Assembly: GCF_009914755.1 (NCBI RefSeq)
Contig: NC_060938.1
Source: the human T2T-CHM13v2.0 reference genome, Homo sapiens
Length of the DNA stretch: 64,000 nucleotides
Direction: 5' to 3' (one strand)
Shown here piece by piece: positions 24,704 through 44,995 of this stretch (its first letter is position 1; the number at the start of each line of letters is the position of its first letter). The position numbers and the translations under genes were made by a program. The notes beneath the pieces are model-generated. The model saw nothing but the letters and a program-made list of their open reading frames with translations. It was not told where the DNA came from and searched no databases.

Positions 24704-25381
24704 TGAGGCAGGAAAATAGGGTCTGGAGGAAGGGAACCTAAGGCCATTTCACACTGACTTCCTAGAACTAAACTGAAAGGAAATCCCTAACTTTCCACAC
24801 CTAAGTAACAAAAGGACCACAGGCTACTCCCTTTGTAAACCCCCATCTTTTCTGCAACGCAGATGGGAAATTGAAAATACCTCTGCAAGAAGCAACCAAT
24901 GAGGCATTTGCCTAGGAGTGTAACTTTATAATTTCACTTCAGCCTCTGATTAGTTGCTGTCTGCAGCCAATCAGACCGATTGCGAGCCAAGTTTTCATTT
25001 GCATAGAAGTGAAAAATTTGTAACATCACTTTAGCCTCTGATTGGTTGCTTTCCACAATCAGTCAGATGTTTGCATGGGAGTCTGACCTTTGCAACTTCA
25101 TTTCAGCTGCTGATTGGTTGCTTTCCACAACCAATAAGCGAGCAACCACTGGGAAACCTCTAGCCGTTGTTTGGACCGGAGAAGATTCTGTATCTGGAGC
25201 CCTTGGGCCGCTGCTCTGGCCGCTCCCACGCTGTGGAGCGTACTTTCATTTGCAATAAATCTCTGCATTTGTTCTTTCGCTGCATCATTCTTTCCTTGCT
25301 CTGCTGTACATTTTGTCCAATTCTTTGTTCAAAACGCCAAGAACCTGGACAACATGCAGTCAAGACCCTCCACCAGTAACA
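24704..25381 (+). mobile_element. MER51-family ERV1 solo LTR
   Basis: TG...CA ends (tgaggcaggaaaatagggtctggagg...ccctccaccagtaaca), internal CCAAT repeats and AATAAA at 25254-25259. Confidence 0.85.
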
Positions 25382-25555
25382 GTAACATTCTGGTATGTGT
25401 ACTTGTGGACTTTTAACTAAGCTTTTTTTTTTCCATTTATTTTCTCATCAAATTGAAGGTATAATATATACCCTTTTGGGGTCCTTTTATTTCTCTGTCA
25501 CGTTGTATCATTTTCTAGTATCACTGAAAATGTTATAAAATAATTATAATTTTTT

Positions 25556-27700
<2,145 letters not shown>

Positions 27701-27929
27701 ACAGCTTTTGAGTTTCATTTTAAACTGAGAATTGTACATTGCCTCAAACTTTTTAAGGAGATACAAGATGATGATAATTTAAAGATGATATTTATCATCC
27801 TGATTCAAAGAGAGATCTATAGACATCTCCAATGAAAAATTGGCATTTCGTCTTTCATTTATATGACTACTTGCATTCTGTTATCCAGACGAGAGAGCTC
27901 CATAAGCTTCAAGGAAGTAGGCCAAATAC

Positions 27930-28722
27930 AGTGGCAGGTTACTCATTGACCATTGCCCTTGACCCCAGTGTCTATGGTCCAAGGCAGATTACTCATTGAC
28001 CATCGCCCCCCACGCCAGTGTCTATGGTTCCTTTTTCCTTTTTGGAATATAATTTCCCCACCTTTTAGTAGGGGATATGGCTACTCACCTAGAGACTACA
28101 ATTCCCTTGGAGCTAGGTGTGGACATGTGACTAGCCAATGATATGTAAGAAGTGATTTAAGCAATATCTTGATTATTTCTTAAAGAAATAATTTCTGCTG
28201 GGCATGGTGGCTCATGCCCATAATCACAGCACTTTGGGAGGCCAAGGTGAGTGGATTGCCTGAGCTCAGGAGTTTGTGACAAGCCTGGGTAATATGGTGA
28301 AACCCCATCTCTACAAAAAATACAAAAGATTAGTGTGTGTGGTGGTGAGTGTCTGTAGTCCCAGCTACTTGGGAGGCTGAGGTGGGAGGATCCCTTGAGC
28401 CCAGGAGGTGGAGGCTACAGAGCTGAGAACATACCACTGCACTGCAGCCTGGGTGACAGTGAGACTCCATCTCAAAAATAAATAAATAAAAAAAGAGATA
28501 GCTTCTACTCTAGAAATGACAGGGAGTGAAAATCAATGTTGCGGGGCACAGAGACCAACTGCCTGCCTGGGATCCTGGATGGCCTGATAGAGCAGAGGTA
28601 TCTTGTCAACCTAGGCTACTCACCTTTGGGCAGTCACTTGAGATAAATAAACCTCTATCTTATTGAAGTCACTGTAATTTTGGGCCTCTACAACAGCAGA
28701 TAGGCATGTATACTAACTGATA
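27930..28722 (+). mobile_element. Old MLT1 LTR with an inserted Alu (28196-28495)
   Basis: gctaggtgtggacatgtgactagccaatg...aaataaacctctatcttattgaagtcactg...ctaactgata. Confidence 0.7.
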
Positions 28723-28923
28723 TGCTTACATAATGTGATATGATATGAAAGGTACTACAGAAGCCCAGAATATCTGTTCTACTGGCCTATATAATGTATG
28801 AAATGTCCTCATTAGAGAGTCCTCCCTCTGAGTTAACGCAGTGTTTCACAAAATATGTGCTGCTGAACACCAGTTTATCAGATAATTACAGATACTGAGA
28901 TATGCTAGAATAAAAGGGCTAGT

Positions 28924-29236
<313 letters not shown>

Positions 29237-29356
29237 CTAGTGTCCAATTACCCAATTACATTTCAGACATGCAGAGTCATATCACGTTTTTTGGCCTGTC
29301 TTTTATTTTATTTCATTTTTAAATTGACAAATAATAATTGCACATATTCATAGGGG

Positions 29357-30267
<911 letters not shown>

Positions 30268-31257
30268 ACATTCCCGTCCTCTTCCCAGCCTCTAGTATTG
30301 TCTGTTCTACTTTTTACTTCCATGAGATCATTTTTTTAAGCTTCCACACTTGAGTGATAACATGGTGTCTAACATTCTGATCCTGGCTTATTTCATGTAA
30401 CATAACATCTTTCTGTAACATCCATGTGCTGTGAATGACAGAATTTCATCCTTTCTTATGATTGAATAGTATTTCACGGTGTATATATACCAAATTTTCT
30501 TTCTCCATTCACTTGTCATTGGACGCCTAGGTTGATTCCATATCTTGGCTATTGTGAATAATGCTACAATAAACATGGGGATGTAGAAGTGTCCCTGATA
30601 TAATTATTTCCTTCCTTTTGGATAAATTCCCATAGTGGCATTGTGGGATCATATGGCAGTTATATTTGTAGTTTTTTGAGAGAACTTCATACTGTTGTAC
30701 ATAGTAGCTATACTAGTCTGCACTCCCACTGACAGTGAATAGGAGTTCCCTTTTCTCTGCATTCTCACCAACATTTGTTATTTTTTGTCTTTTTGATAAT
30801 AGCCACCCTTAAGGGGTGAGGTGATACCTCATTGTGGTTTTGATTTGCATTTCCCTAATGTTGTTGTGCATTTTTCCATGTATTTGTTGGCCATTTGTAT
30901 GTCTTCTTTGGATATGTCTGTTTAGATCGTTTGTCCATTTTTAAATTGGATCATTTGGTTTTTGCTGTGAGATGTTTGAGTTGCTTATGTATTCTGGAAA
31001 CTAATCTGTTGCAGTAGTTTGCAAATATTTTATCCCCTTCTGTAGGTTGTCTTTTCATTCTGTTGATTGTTTCCTTTGCTGGCAGAAGGCTTTTAGTTTG
31101 ATATAATCCCATTTGTTTATTTTTGCTTTTGTTGCTTGTGCTTTTGAGGTCTTATTCATAAAATATTTTCTCAGACCAGACCAGGCGCAGTGGCTCACGC
31201 CTGTAATCCCAGCACTTTGGGAGGCCAAGGTGGGCAGATCATGAGGTCAAGAGATCA

Positions 31258-31524
<267 letters not shown>

Positions 31525-31756
31525 TTAAGATTTTTTCCCATTTATGTGAAAAATGTTATTGATGTATTAATAAGGATTGTGTTGAATCTATAGATTGCTT
31601 TGGGTAGCATTGTCATTTTAACACGAGTAATTCTTCCGATCCAAAATCATGGGATGTCTTTCCATTTGTTTGTATCCTCTTCAATTTCTTTCACCAGTGT
31701 TTTGTAATTTTCCTTGTAAAAGTCTTTCACCTTTTTGGTTAAATTTATTCCTAGGG

Positions 31757-31762
31757 GTGTGT

Positions 31763-31802
<40 letters not shown>
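31757..31802. repeat. (GT)n microsatellite
   Basis: Directly visible. Confidence 0.95.
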
Positions 31803-31804
<2 letters not shown>

Positions 31805-32619
31805 CTATTGTAAAGGACATTGTCTTTTTTATTTCTTTTTCAGCTAGTTCATTGTTTGTGTATGCAAATACTGATATTTGCATATTAATTTTGTATCCTG
31901 CGACTTTGCTAAATTTGTTTGTCGGGTCTAAGAGTTTTTTGGTAAGATCTTTAGGTTTTACTGCATGTGAGATCATGTTATCTGAAAACAGGAACAATTT
32001 GACTTCCTCATTTGTGGATATCCTTTATTTCTTTATTTTGCCTAATTGCTATGTCTAGGAATTCCAGTATTATGTTGAATAAGAGTGGTGAGAGTGGGCA
32101 TACTTGTCATACTCGTCTTGTTCCAGTCCTTAGAAGAAAAGCTTTCCGCTTTTCCACATTCAGTGAGATAGCTGTAGGTTTGTCATGTGTGGTCTTTATT
32201 ATTTTGAGGAACTTTCCTTCTTTACCTAAATCATTATGAGTTTTTATCATGAAGCAATGTTGAATTTTATCAAAAGTTTTTTCTGCGTCTATTGACATCA
32301 TCATATGGTTTTTGTCCTTCATTCTACTGATGTGATGTGTGACATTTATTGATTTGTATTATGTTGAACCATCCATATATTCCTGGGAGAGATGCCACTA
32401 GCTCATGATGTATTATCTTTTTTATATATTGTATGATTTGGTTTGCTAGTATTTTGTTAAGGATTTTTGCATCTGTGTTTACCAGGGGTATTGGCCTGCA
32501 GTGTTCTTTCTTTGTGGTATCCTTGTCTGGTATCAGGGTTGTGCTGGCCAAGTAGAATGACTTAGGAAGAATTCCCTCTGCTTCAACTTTTTGGAATAGT
32601 TTGAGAAGAATTGATATTA

Positions 32620-32924
<305 letters not shown>

Positions 32925-33174
32925 TCAAAAAAAAAAAAAAAAGTTTCCTAGAATTCAATGGTGAAGCCATTTGGTCCTGGACTTTTCTTTGTGGAAAGAC
33001 TTTTTATTATTGACTCAATCTCATTATTTGTTATTGGTCTGTTCAGGCTTTTTATTTCTTCTTGGTTTAATTCTGGTAGGTTGTATGTGTTCATGCCAAT
33101 AAATTAAAAAACCTAGAGGAAATGGATAAATTCTTGGACTGCAGGAAAAGAAGTCACTAAGAAGTTATTCAAGC

Positions 33175-34960
33175 AGTGTACCTTATACCCAATAGATAGT
33201 TTTTCATCCCTCATCCCCCTTTCACTGTCCCCTGTTCTGGTTCTCCAGTGTCCATTAAACCATTCTGTACACCTTGCATGCTTGTAGCTTAGCCCCTACT
33301 TATGAATGAGAACATGTGATATTTCGTTTTCGATTCCTGAGTTACTTACTTAGAATAATGGCCTCCAGTCCCATCCAAGTGACTGCAAAAGACAGTATTT
33401 AGTTCTTTTTTGTGGCTCAGTAGTATTCCATGGAGTGTGTATTCCATGGTATATACATATGTGTATGCATACCACATTTTCTTTATCCACTCATGGGTTT
33501 ATGGGCACTTAGGTTGATGCTATATCTTTGCAATTGTGAACTGCACTGCAATAAACATACACATGCATGTGTCTTTTTGATATACTGACTTCTTTTCCTT
33601 TGGATAGATACCCAGTAGTGGATTTGCTGGGTCAAATGGCAGATCCACTTTCAGTTCTTTGAGAAATCTCCATACGGTTTTCCATAGAGGTTGTACTAAT
33701 TTACATTCCCATCAGTGTTTCTTTTTCACATCTACATGAATATCTATTGTTTCTTGACTTTCTAATAATGGCCATTCTGGATGGAGTAAGGTCTGATCTC
33801 ATTGTAGTTTTTATTTGCATTTCCCTGACATTTAGTGATGTTGAGCATTTTTTCATTTTTTTTTTTTGGCCATTTGTATATCTTCTTTTCAGAAATGTCT
33901 ATTCATATCCTTTGCTGACTTTTTAATGGAATCATTTGTTGTTTTCTTCCTGATTTGTTTGAGTTCCTTATAGATTCTGGATATTAGTCTTTTGTTGAAT
34001 GCATAATTTGCAAAAATTTGTATCCATTCTGTAGGTTGTCTGTTTACTACGATGATTATTTCTTTTGCTGTGCAGAAACTTTTTAGTTTAATTAGGTCCC
34101 ATTTATTTATTTATTTGTTGCATTTGCTTTTGGGGTCTTAGTCATAAATTCTCTACCTAAGCCAATGTCTAGAAGAGTTTTTCCTAGGTTTTCTTCTAGA
34201 ATTTTTATGGTTTCAGGTCTTAGATTTAAGTCTTTAATCCATCTTGAGTTAATTTGTGTATATGGTGAGAGAGAGGGATCCAGTTTCATTCTTGTACTTT
34301 ATGTATCTACTTTTATACCAGTACCATACTATTTTGGGTACTATAGCCTCATAGTATAATTTGAAGTTGGGTAATGACAATGCTTCCAGATTTGTTCATT
34401 ATGCTTAAGATTGTTTTGGCTATTCAGGCTCTTTTTGGTTCCATAGGAATTTTAGGATTGTTTTTACTAATTCTGTGAAAAATGATGTTGGTATTTTCAT
34501 AGAATTTATTTGAAACTGTAGATTGCTTTGGGCAGTATGGTCATTTTCACAGTATTGATTCTTCCAATCCATGAACATGAAATGTATTTCCATTTGCTTG
34601 TGTCATCTATGATTCCTTTCCACAGTGTTTTATAGTTCTCCCCATAGAGATCTTTCACCTCCTTGGTTAAGTATATTCCTAGGTATTTTATTTGGTTTGT
34701 AGGTACTATAAAAGTAATTGAGTTCTTGATTTGATTCTCAGTTCAGTCATTGTTGATGTATAGCAGTGCTGCTGATTTGTGTACATTGATTTTGTGACCT
34801 GAGACTACCGAATTCATTTATCAGATGCAGTAGTCTTTTAGAAGAGTTTTCTAGGTATAAGATTGTATCATTGGCAAACAGAGATAGTTTGACTTCTTCT
34901 TTTTCAATTTGATTGCTCTCTGTTTCTTTTTCTTGTCTGATTGCTCTGGCTAAGACTTCC
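33175..34960 (-). mobile_element. Second L1 (L1PB-like 3' portion) nested within the long L1
   Basis: Repeats the 3'UTR/ORF2 C-terminal region ([29 protein letters not shown]). Confidence 0.8.
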
Positions 34961-35986
34961 TTTAAAAAAAGTTAGAGACAGCATCTCACTATGCTGTCTA
35001 GTTGTTCAGGCTGGTTTCAAACTCCTGGCCTCAAATGATCCTCCCACCTCAGCCTCTGAAAGTACAGGGATTACAGGTGTGAGCCACCGCCCCTGGCCTA
35101 AATTTTATTCTTAATTTCTTCCTTCACCCATTTGTTGCTCAGGAGCATGTTGTTTAATTTCCATGTATTTGTATAGTTTCTAATGTTCCTCTTGTTACTG
35201 ATGTCTAATTTTATTCCATTGTGATCAAATAAGATACCTGATATGCTTTTGATGTTTAAACATTTTATAAGGCCAGGTGCAGTGGCTCACTCACCTGTAA
35301 TCCCAGCACTTTGGGAGGCCAAGACAGGAGGGCTGCTTGAGCTCAGGAGTTTGAGACCAGCCTGGGCAACATCATGAAACCCCGTCTCTACAAAAGATAC
35401 AAAAACTAGCCAGGCATGGTGGCGCAAGCTACTCAGTCCAAGCTACTCAGGTAGCTACTCATGGTAGTCCAAGCTACTCAGGAGGCTGAGGCAGGAGGAT
35501 CACTTGAGCCTAGGAGGTGGAGATTGCAGGGAGCTGAGATCATGCCCACTGCACTCCAGCCTGGGTGAAAGAGCAAGACCCTGTCTCCAAAAAAAAAAAA
35601 GAAGTTTCTTTTTGGAGACTTGTTTTATTTCCTAATGTAAGTCAATCTGTGAGAATGTTCCATGGCTGATGAAAAGAATGCATATTGTGTAGCTGTTGAG
35701 TTAAATATTCTGTAAATGCCTATTAGGTCTCTGATCTATGGTACAGTTTTTTTTTTTTTTGTTTTAAATTTATTTTTCTATTTGAGACATGGTCTCACTC
35801 TGTCACCCAGGCTGGAGGACAGGGACATGATTATGGCTCACTTCAGCCTCAAGTTCCTGGGCTCAAGTGATTCTCCTACCTCAGTCTCCTGAGTAGCTGC
35901 TGCTTCTACAGGTGTGCTCCACCATGCCCAGCTAATTTTCTTTCTTTCTTTTCTTTTTCTTTCTTTCTTTTTTTTTTTTGAGATAG

Positions 35987-36085
<99 letters not shown>

Positions 36086-37314
36086 TGAGTAGCTGATTAC
36101 AGGCACGTGCCGCCACACCCAGCTAATTTTTTGTATCTTTAGTAGAGACACCATGTTAGCTAGGCTGGTCTCAAACTCCTGACCTCATGATCTGCCTGCC
36201 TCAGCCTCCCAAAGTGCTGAGATTACAGGCGTGAGCCACCATGCTTGGGCTAATTTTCTTTTTTTTTTTTTTTTTTTTTTAATGTGGTGACGGGGTCTCA
36301 CCATGTGGCTCAGTCTGGTCTCAAACTCCTGGGCTTAGGTGATCCTCCCACCTTGGCCTCCCAAAGTGCTGGGATTACAAGCTTGATCCTAGGTAAGAGC
36401 CGTTGCACTTGGCTTATGATGCAGCTTAAATTCAATGTTTCTTTGTTGATAATCTGTCTAGATGATCTGTCCAGTGCTGAGAGGGGGGTGTTGAAGTCCC
36501 CAACTATTATTGTATTGGGGTCCATCTGTACCTTTAGATCTAATGATATTCACTTTATATATTTGGGTGCTTCAGTGTTAGATGCATATATATTTACAAT
36601 TGTTATATTCTCTTACTGCATGATTCCCATTATGATTATATAATGTGCTTCTTTGTCTTTTTTTTTTTTTTTTTTTACAGTTTTCAACTTGAAATCCCTT
36701 TTGTCTGACATAAAGATAGCTACGCTGCTCACTTTTGGTTTCTGTTTGTATGGAATATCCTTTTCCCATTCCTTCATTTTCAGTCTATGTGTATCTTTAC
36801 AGATGAGCTAAGTTTCTGGTAAGGAGCATATAGTTGAGTCTTGTCTTTTCATCTATTTAGCCAGTCTATATATTTTAAATGGGAAATTTAATCCATTTAC
36901 ATTCACAGTTACTATTGATAGGTGAAGATTTATTCCTGTCATTTGATTGATTGTTTTCTGATTGTTTGATATGTTCTTTATTTCTTTCTTTATCTTTTAT
37001 TATTTACTGAAAAAGTTTTCAGTTCGGTGGTTTTCTATAGTGATACATTTTTTTTTCTCCTTTGTGTATCAGCTCTATAAGTGAGTTTTGTAGTTTTGCA
37101 TGTTTTCATGATGGTGATTGTCCTCTTTTCATTTCCAGATGTAAGTCTCCCTTGAGCATTTCTTGTAAGGGCAGTCTACTGGTGATGAATTCCCTCAGTT
37201 TTTCCTTGTCTGTGAAAGATTTTACTTCTCCTTTATTGCTGAAGGATAGCTTTGCTTAGTATACTATTCTTGGTTGACAGTTTTTTCTTTGAGTAGTTCG
37301 AATATATCACTCTA

Positions 37315-37506
<192 letters not shown>

Positions 37507-38006
37507 CTACTTGGGAGGCTGAGGTGGGAGAATCGCTCAGACCAGGAGGTGGAGGTTGCAGTGAGCCAAGATTGCGCCTTTGCACCCCAGCCTGGGTGAC
37601 AGAATGAGATTCTGTCTCAAAAAAAAAAAAAGAAAGAAAAGAAAAGAAATAGAAAAGAAAAAAGATTTCTGCTGAGAAATTCATTGTTAATCTAATGGGA
37701 TTTCCCTTATATGTGACTTAATACTTTTGTCTTGCTGCTTTTAAAATTCTTTTGTTGTCTTTGACTTGTGACAATTTGATTATAATTTGCCTCAGAGAGA
37801 ACCTGTTGGTTGAATCTATTTGGGATTCTTTGCACTTCCTCAACCTGAATATCCATCTCTCTCCCCAGACTTGGGAGATTTTCTGCTATTATTTCATTAA
37901 ATATATCTTCCTCACCTTTCCCTTCTCTTCTTCTGGAATGTCCATAAGATGAGTATTTGTTTGCTTAATGGTGTCCCATAAATCCAGCAGGCTTGCTTCA
38001 TTATTT

Positions 38007-38275
38007 TCCTCCCTCCTTCCCTCCCTCCCTCCCTCCATTCCTTCCTTCCTTCCTTCCCCCTTTCCTTCCTTCCTTCCTTCTTTCCTTCCTTCCTTCTTTC
38101 CTCCCTTCCTTCTTTCCTTCCTTCCCCCTTTCCTTCCTTCCTTCCTTCCTTCTTTCCTTCCTTCCTTCCCCTTTTCCTTCCTTTCTTCCCCTTCCTTCCT
38201 TCCCTCTTTCCTTCCTTCACTCTTTCCCTCTTTCCTTCCTTTCCTTTCCTTTTTTTTTATTTCAAAAGAGCTGTC
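38007..38275. repeat. (CCTT)n/(CTTT)n polypyrimidine tract
   Basis: About 270 nt of almost pure C/T. Confidence 0.95.
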
Positions 38276-38549
38276 TTCAAGTCCAGAAATTCTTTCTTCT
38301 GCTTGTTCTAGTCTGATGTTGAAGCCCTTGGCTGTATTTTTATTTCATTCACTGAATTCATTAGCTTTAAGATTTCTGTTTGTTTGTTTTAAATATCCAT
38401 CTCATTTTAAATTTGTCACTAGAATAATGAATTGTTTTTCTTGATATCATTGAATTATCTGTCTGTATTCCCTTGTATCTCACTGAGTTTCCTTATGATT
38501 GTTATTTTGAATTCTTTTCTGGCATTTTCGTACATTTTCTTAGGGTTGA

Positions 38550-39044
<495 letters not shown>

Positions 39045-39387
39045 TAGCACCCAAGAGCTCAAAGATCCACTGAATGTTGCCAGATTCTGTACATCAGTGA
39101 AAATGTTTGGGGAAAATATGTGGCTTATGTTTACCCAGACCTCTGGGAAGTATGCATGTAAGGTAATATGATCATCAGGTATTTGAGGCAATGTGATCAG
39201 ATTTAGGATAGTGTATCAAAGATTGCGCTTAACTATTTCCTTTTCCTCATAATAATTACTTTGATTTACAGATGTATCTAACAGTTTTCATGGAGAAATC
39301 CAACTAAGAAAGACTGAAAAGAGGTCTATCAGTATGAATTAATTAATCATTTTGAATTACAGAAATAAATTAAAAGGTAGTTTTATC

Positions 39388-42309
<2,922 letters not shown>

Positions 42310-43274
42310 GTAAATTGCTCTGGGGTGGAGGGTTGGGATAATCATATCTGAAACTGTTAACCATCAACACCAGAGAGATCACTTAAGGCACTTGAGGAGG
42401 TAGGCCAATGCCTGAGGAAATGACACATCCCTTAGGGGGCAAAGTGGATACAGATGAAGGAGGTGGACAAGTACAGAACCAGACCTGCCTCACCTAGCTG
42501 TACACCTCTAAATAATCCTGGTGGGTCACAGGTTGTTGACCCCATCCCAATTATTTTATCTTCCATTTGCAGCTCTTAGCAGGTCACCATGTGCTTCCCC
42601 TCTGTAATTGATTTGAACTTAACTCTGTAGGGGTAAATGAATTTTATTAAACCATTTTTTTCTTTTATAATAATATCTAACATACCCATTTCGCAGAAAA
42701 AATACAGGGCCCAGAGAGGTGAACTGATATTTCCTAAATCTCAAGGCTAATTAGAATCCAGGTTTCTTGATGCCTACCTCTACATTTCATTTACTATTCT
42801 TCATAGACTCTTTAGAGATCTGCTTAGTTCAAATGCAAATAATGTGGATATAGCCACAGAGAAAATATTTTTAGAAAGTTTATCTATACATAAGTATAAA
42901 TAGGTTTTCTGCACATCACTGGTATTTTGAAACATTGATCTAAAAAAGGGTCAAAAAAAAAAAAAAAAAGCTCAGTGAGTACATTTTTGTTAATGCCCCA
43001 TTTGCCTGTCAATCTTTAGCCTCTATCATCTGGAACACAGTTTTAAACTTGCATGTTAAGCAGAAAAACCTTGGAATAGTAATGAAATAATTACCATAAA
43101 GACCATTCACTAATGTTAAAAGATTTGAGGAACCACTCTCAGGGTCTACCCCAAAATGTATTGATTTATTTTTGTGCTCTACATAGGGATAATATTTTAA
43201 CCAGTTTAGCAATATAGTTCCCTAATCCATAGCAATGAAATGATTTAAAGTTATGGATGCCTGTTACCATCACT

Positions 43275-44125
43275 ATTCATTCAACAAATAAATTTTAAGT
43301 GCCTCCTATGTCCCATGCATAATACTAAATGCTGGAGAAACCAAGATGAATATGTAAAGAGGCAAACATATACTTACAGTGATAAGTACATTAGTGCCAC
43401 ACTAAAGGAAGGTATAAATCCCTGTCTAATCACAGAATGGGCTATGCACAATTCTACTTGTGAAAGTAAGACAAGGCTTCCTGAAGATGTGACATTGAGT
43501 GAGTCTTGGGGATTGGGTCGTTATGAAGGAATCTGGTTCCTTTGGCGAACAGTTTTATGTGGCTAGAGATGTGAGTAGGCAGAGAGGCAGGGCCTGGATC
43601 TTGGAGACTTCTTATGGTAAAGGGTTTAAACGGTATTTCATAGGCAATGAAGAGCCATGGAAGGTTTTAAAGTGGAAAACGAGGCTGGGTTAAGTCTTGA
43701 ATTCTGGAAGTTCCATTTGGATGTAGTTGTAATGTGGCCAAAATCAGGACCAGACACTAGGATACCAGGTAGGAAGCAGTTGCAATAATTCAGTAGAGAA
43801 ATGGTAAGTGCCTAAACTGTAGGAGTAACCTTAGTAATGGAGAAGAAGAAACTGAATCAAAAGACTGTAAAAGAGCAGACTTGGATAGACTTGTGATCTG
43901 ATAAAGGTAGGGAGAAGAAAGGGAGACAAGACTCCAGAGTGAATCCCAGATTTTTGTCTGGCCATCTGGGTGAATACATGTTGCTGAAATGAACAACACA
44001 GAGTTGGGGCAGGCTTAGGGAGATGAGAGTTTAATTTTCCACATGTAGAATCTTAGGTGGACTGGGACATTTTGAAAATATCTATTAGGGAGCTGGATCT
44101 ACCAGGGGACAGGTTCAGGCTGTGA
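43275..44125 (-). mobile_element. L2 fragment
   Basis: ttcattcaacaaata...gtgcctcctatgt; aggcaatgaagagccatggaaggttttaa; gtgaatcccagatttttgtctgg. Confidence 0.8.
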
Positions 44126-44349
44126 CAATCATCTTCAGTAGCAGTAAGTGGCTTTGGCTAACAGCAGGCAGCAGAATAGACACAAGTCTTGGAGAGCACA
44201 AAATTCTGGAGACAGTTGGAGGGCAAACTGCCCTAGGTGCAGTTCAAGAGCTCCTGAAGTATCTCCTGTCTGACAGCTCAGGGCAACATGGTAATAGTTT
44301 CCTAGTTCCGGCTCTCCTGCCTCCTGCAACTCCATTTCCCAGATTAGCC

Positions 44350-44790
44350 ATGGCAACATTTTAAAGTGTAAATCATGTTATATTACTCCTTGCTTACAAG
44401 CCATGAGTGGCTTCTCAGACTCAAATTCAAACTATTTGAGACCAATAAAGCTCTACCTTTGATCTGCCCTTGCCTACCTCTCTGGCTAGATTTATCGCAT
44501 GACCCCTGGAGTTAGCGCCGTAATCCAGACACTCTGTCCCTCCCTCAGGGCCTTTGTACCTGCTGTTCCCTATGTCTGGAATGCTCTTTTCTAGGTCTTG
44601 CTGGCTGGCTTCCTCCTTATTCAATTACCTCTGCTGAAATGTTACTTCCTTAGAGAACTTCCTTGATCAATCTAATGTATGTCTCCCACCCTAACATTTC
44701 ATATTATCAATTTCATTACTCCTTGTTGTCAACTTTATAACACTGACCGTTATCTGAATGTGTCTTGTTTATTTAATTACTATCTACTGT
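44350..44790 (+). mobile_element. L2 fragment
   Basis: cctcagggcctttgtacctgctgttccctatgtctggaatgctctt. Confidence 0.8.
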
Positions 44791-44832
44791 ATTGGAAATG
44801 GTGATATGCAAAGGTAAATTTTCATTTATTGC

Positions 44833-44995
44833 TTTTTTTTTTTTTTGATACAGGAATTTGCTGTCACCCAGGTTGCAGTACAGTTGCACCACCCTAGCTC
44901 ACTGGAGCTTCCTGGGCTCAAGTGATCCTTCCGCCTCCTTCTGCCTCTTCCTCCCAAAGTGCTGAGATTACAGGCCTAAGTCACTGTGCTTGGCC
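44833..44995 (-). mobile_element. Short fused or deleted AluJ
   Basis: The right-arm start is joined to the left-arm end. Confidence 0.75.

Noticed and set aside
37912-38444. Low-complexity ORFs rich in K/E/G/R or P/S/F/L
   Set aside because: Translations of the (CCTT)n tract.
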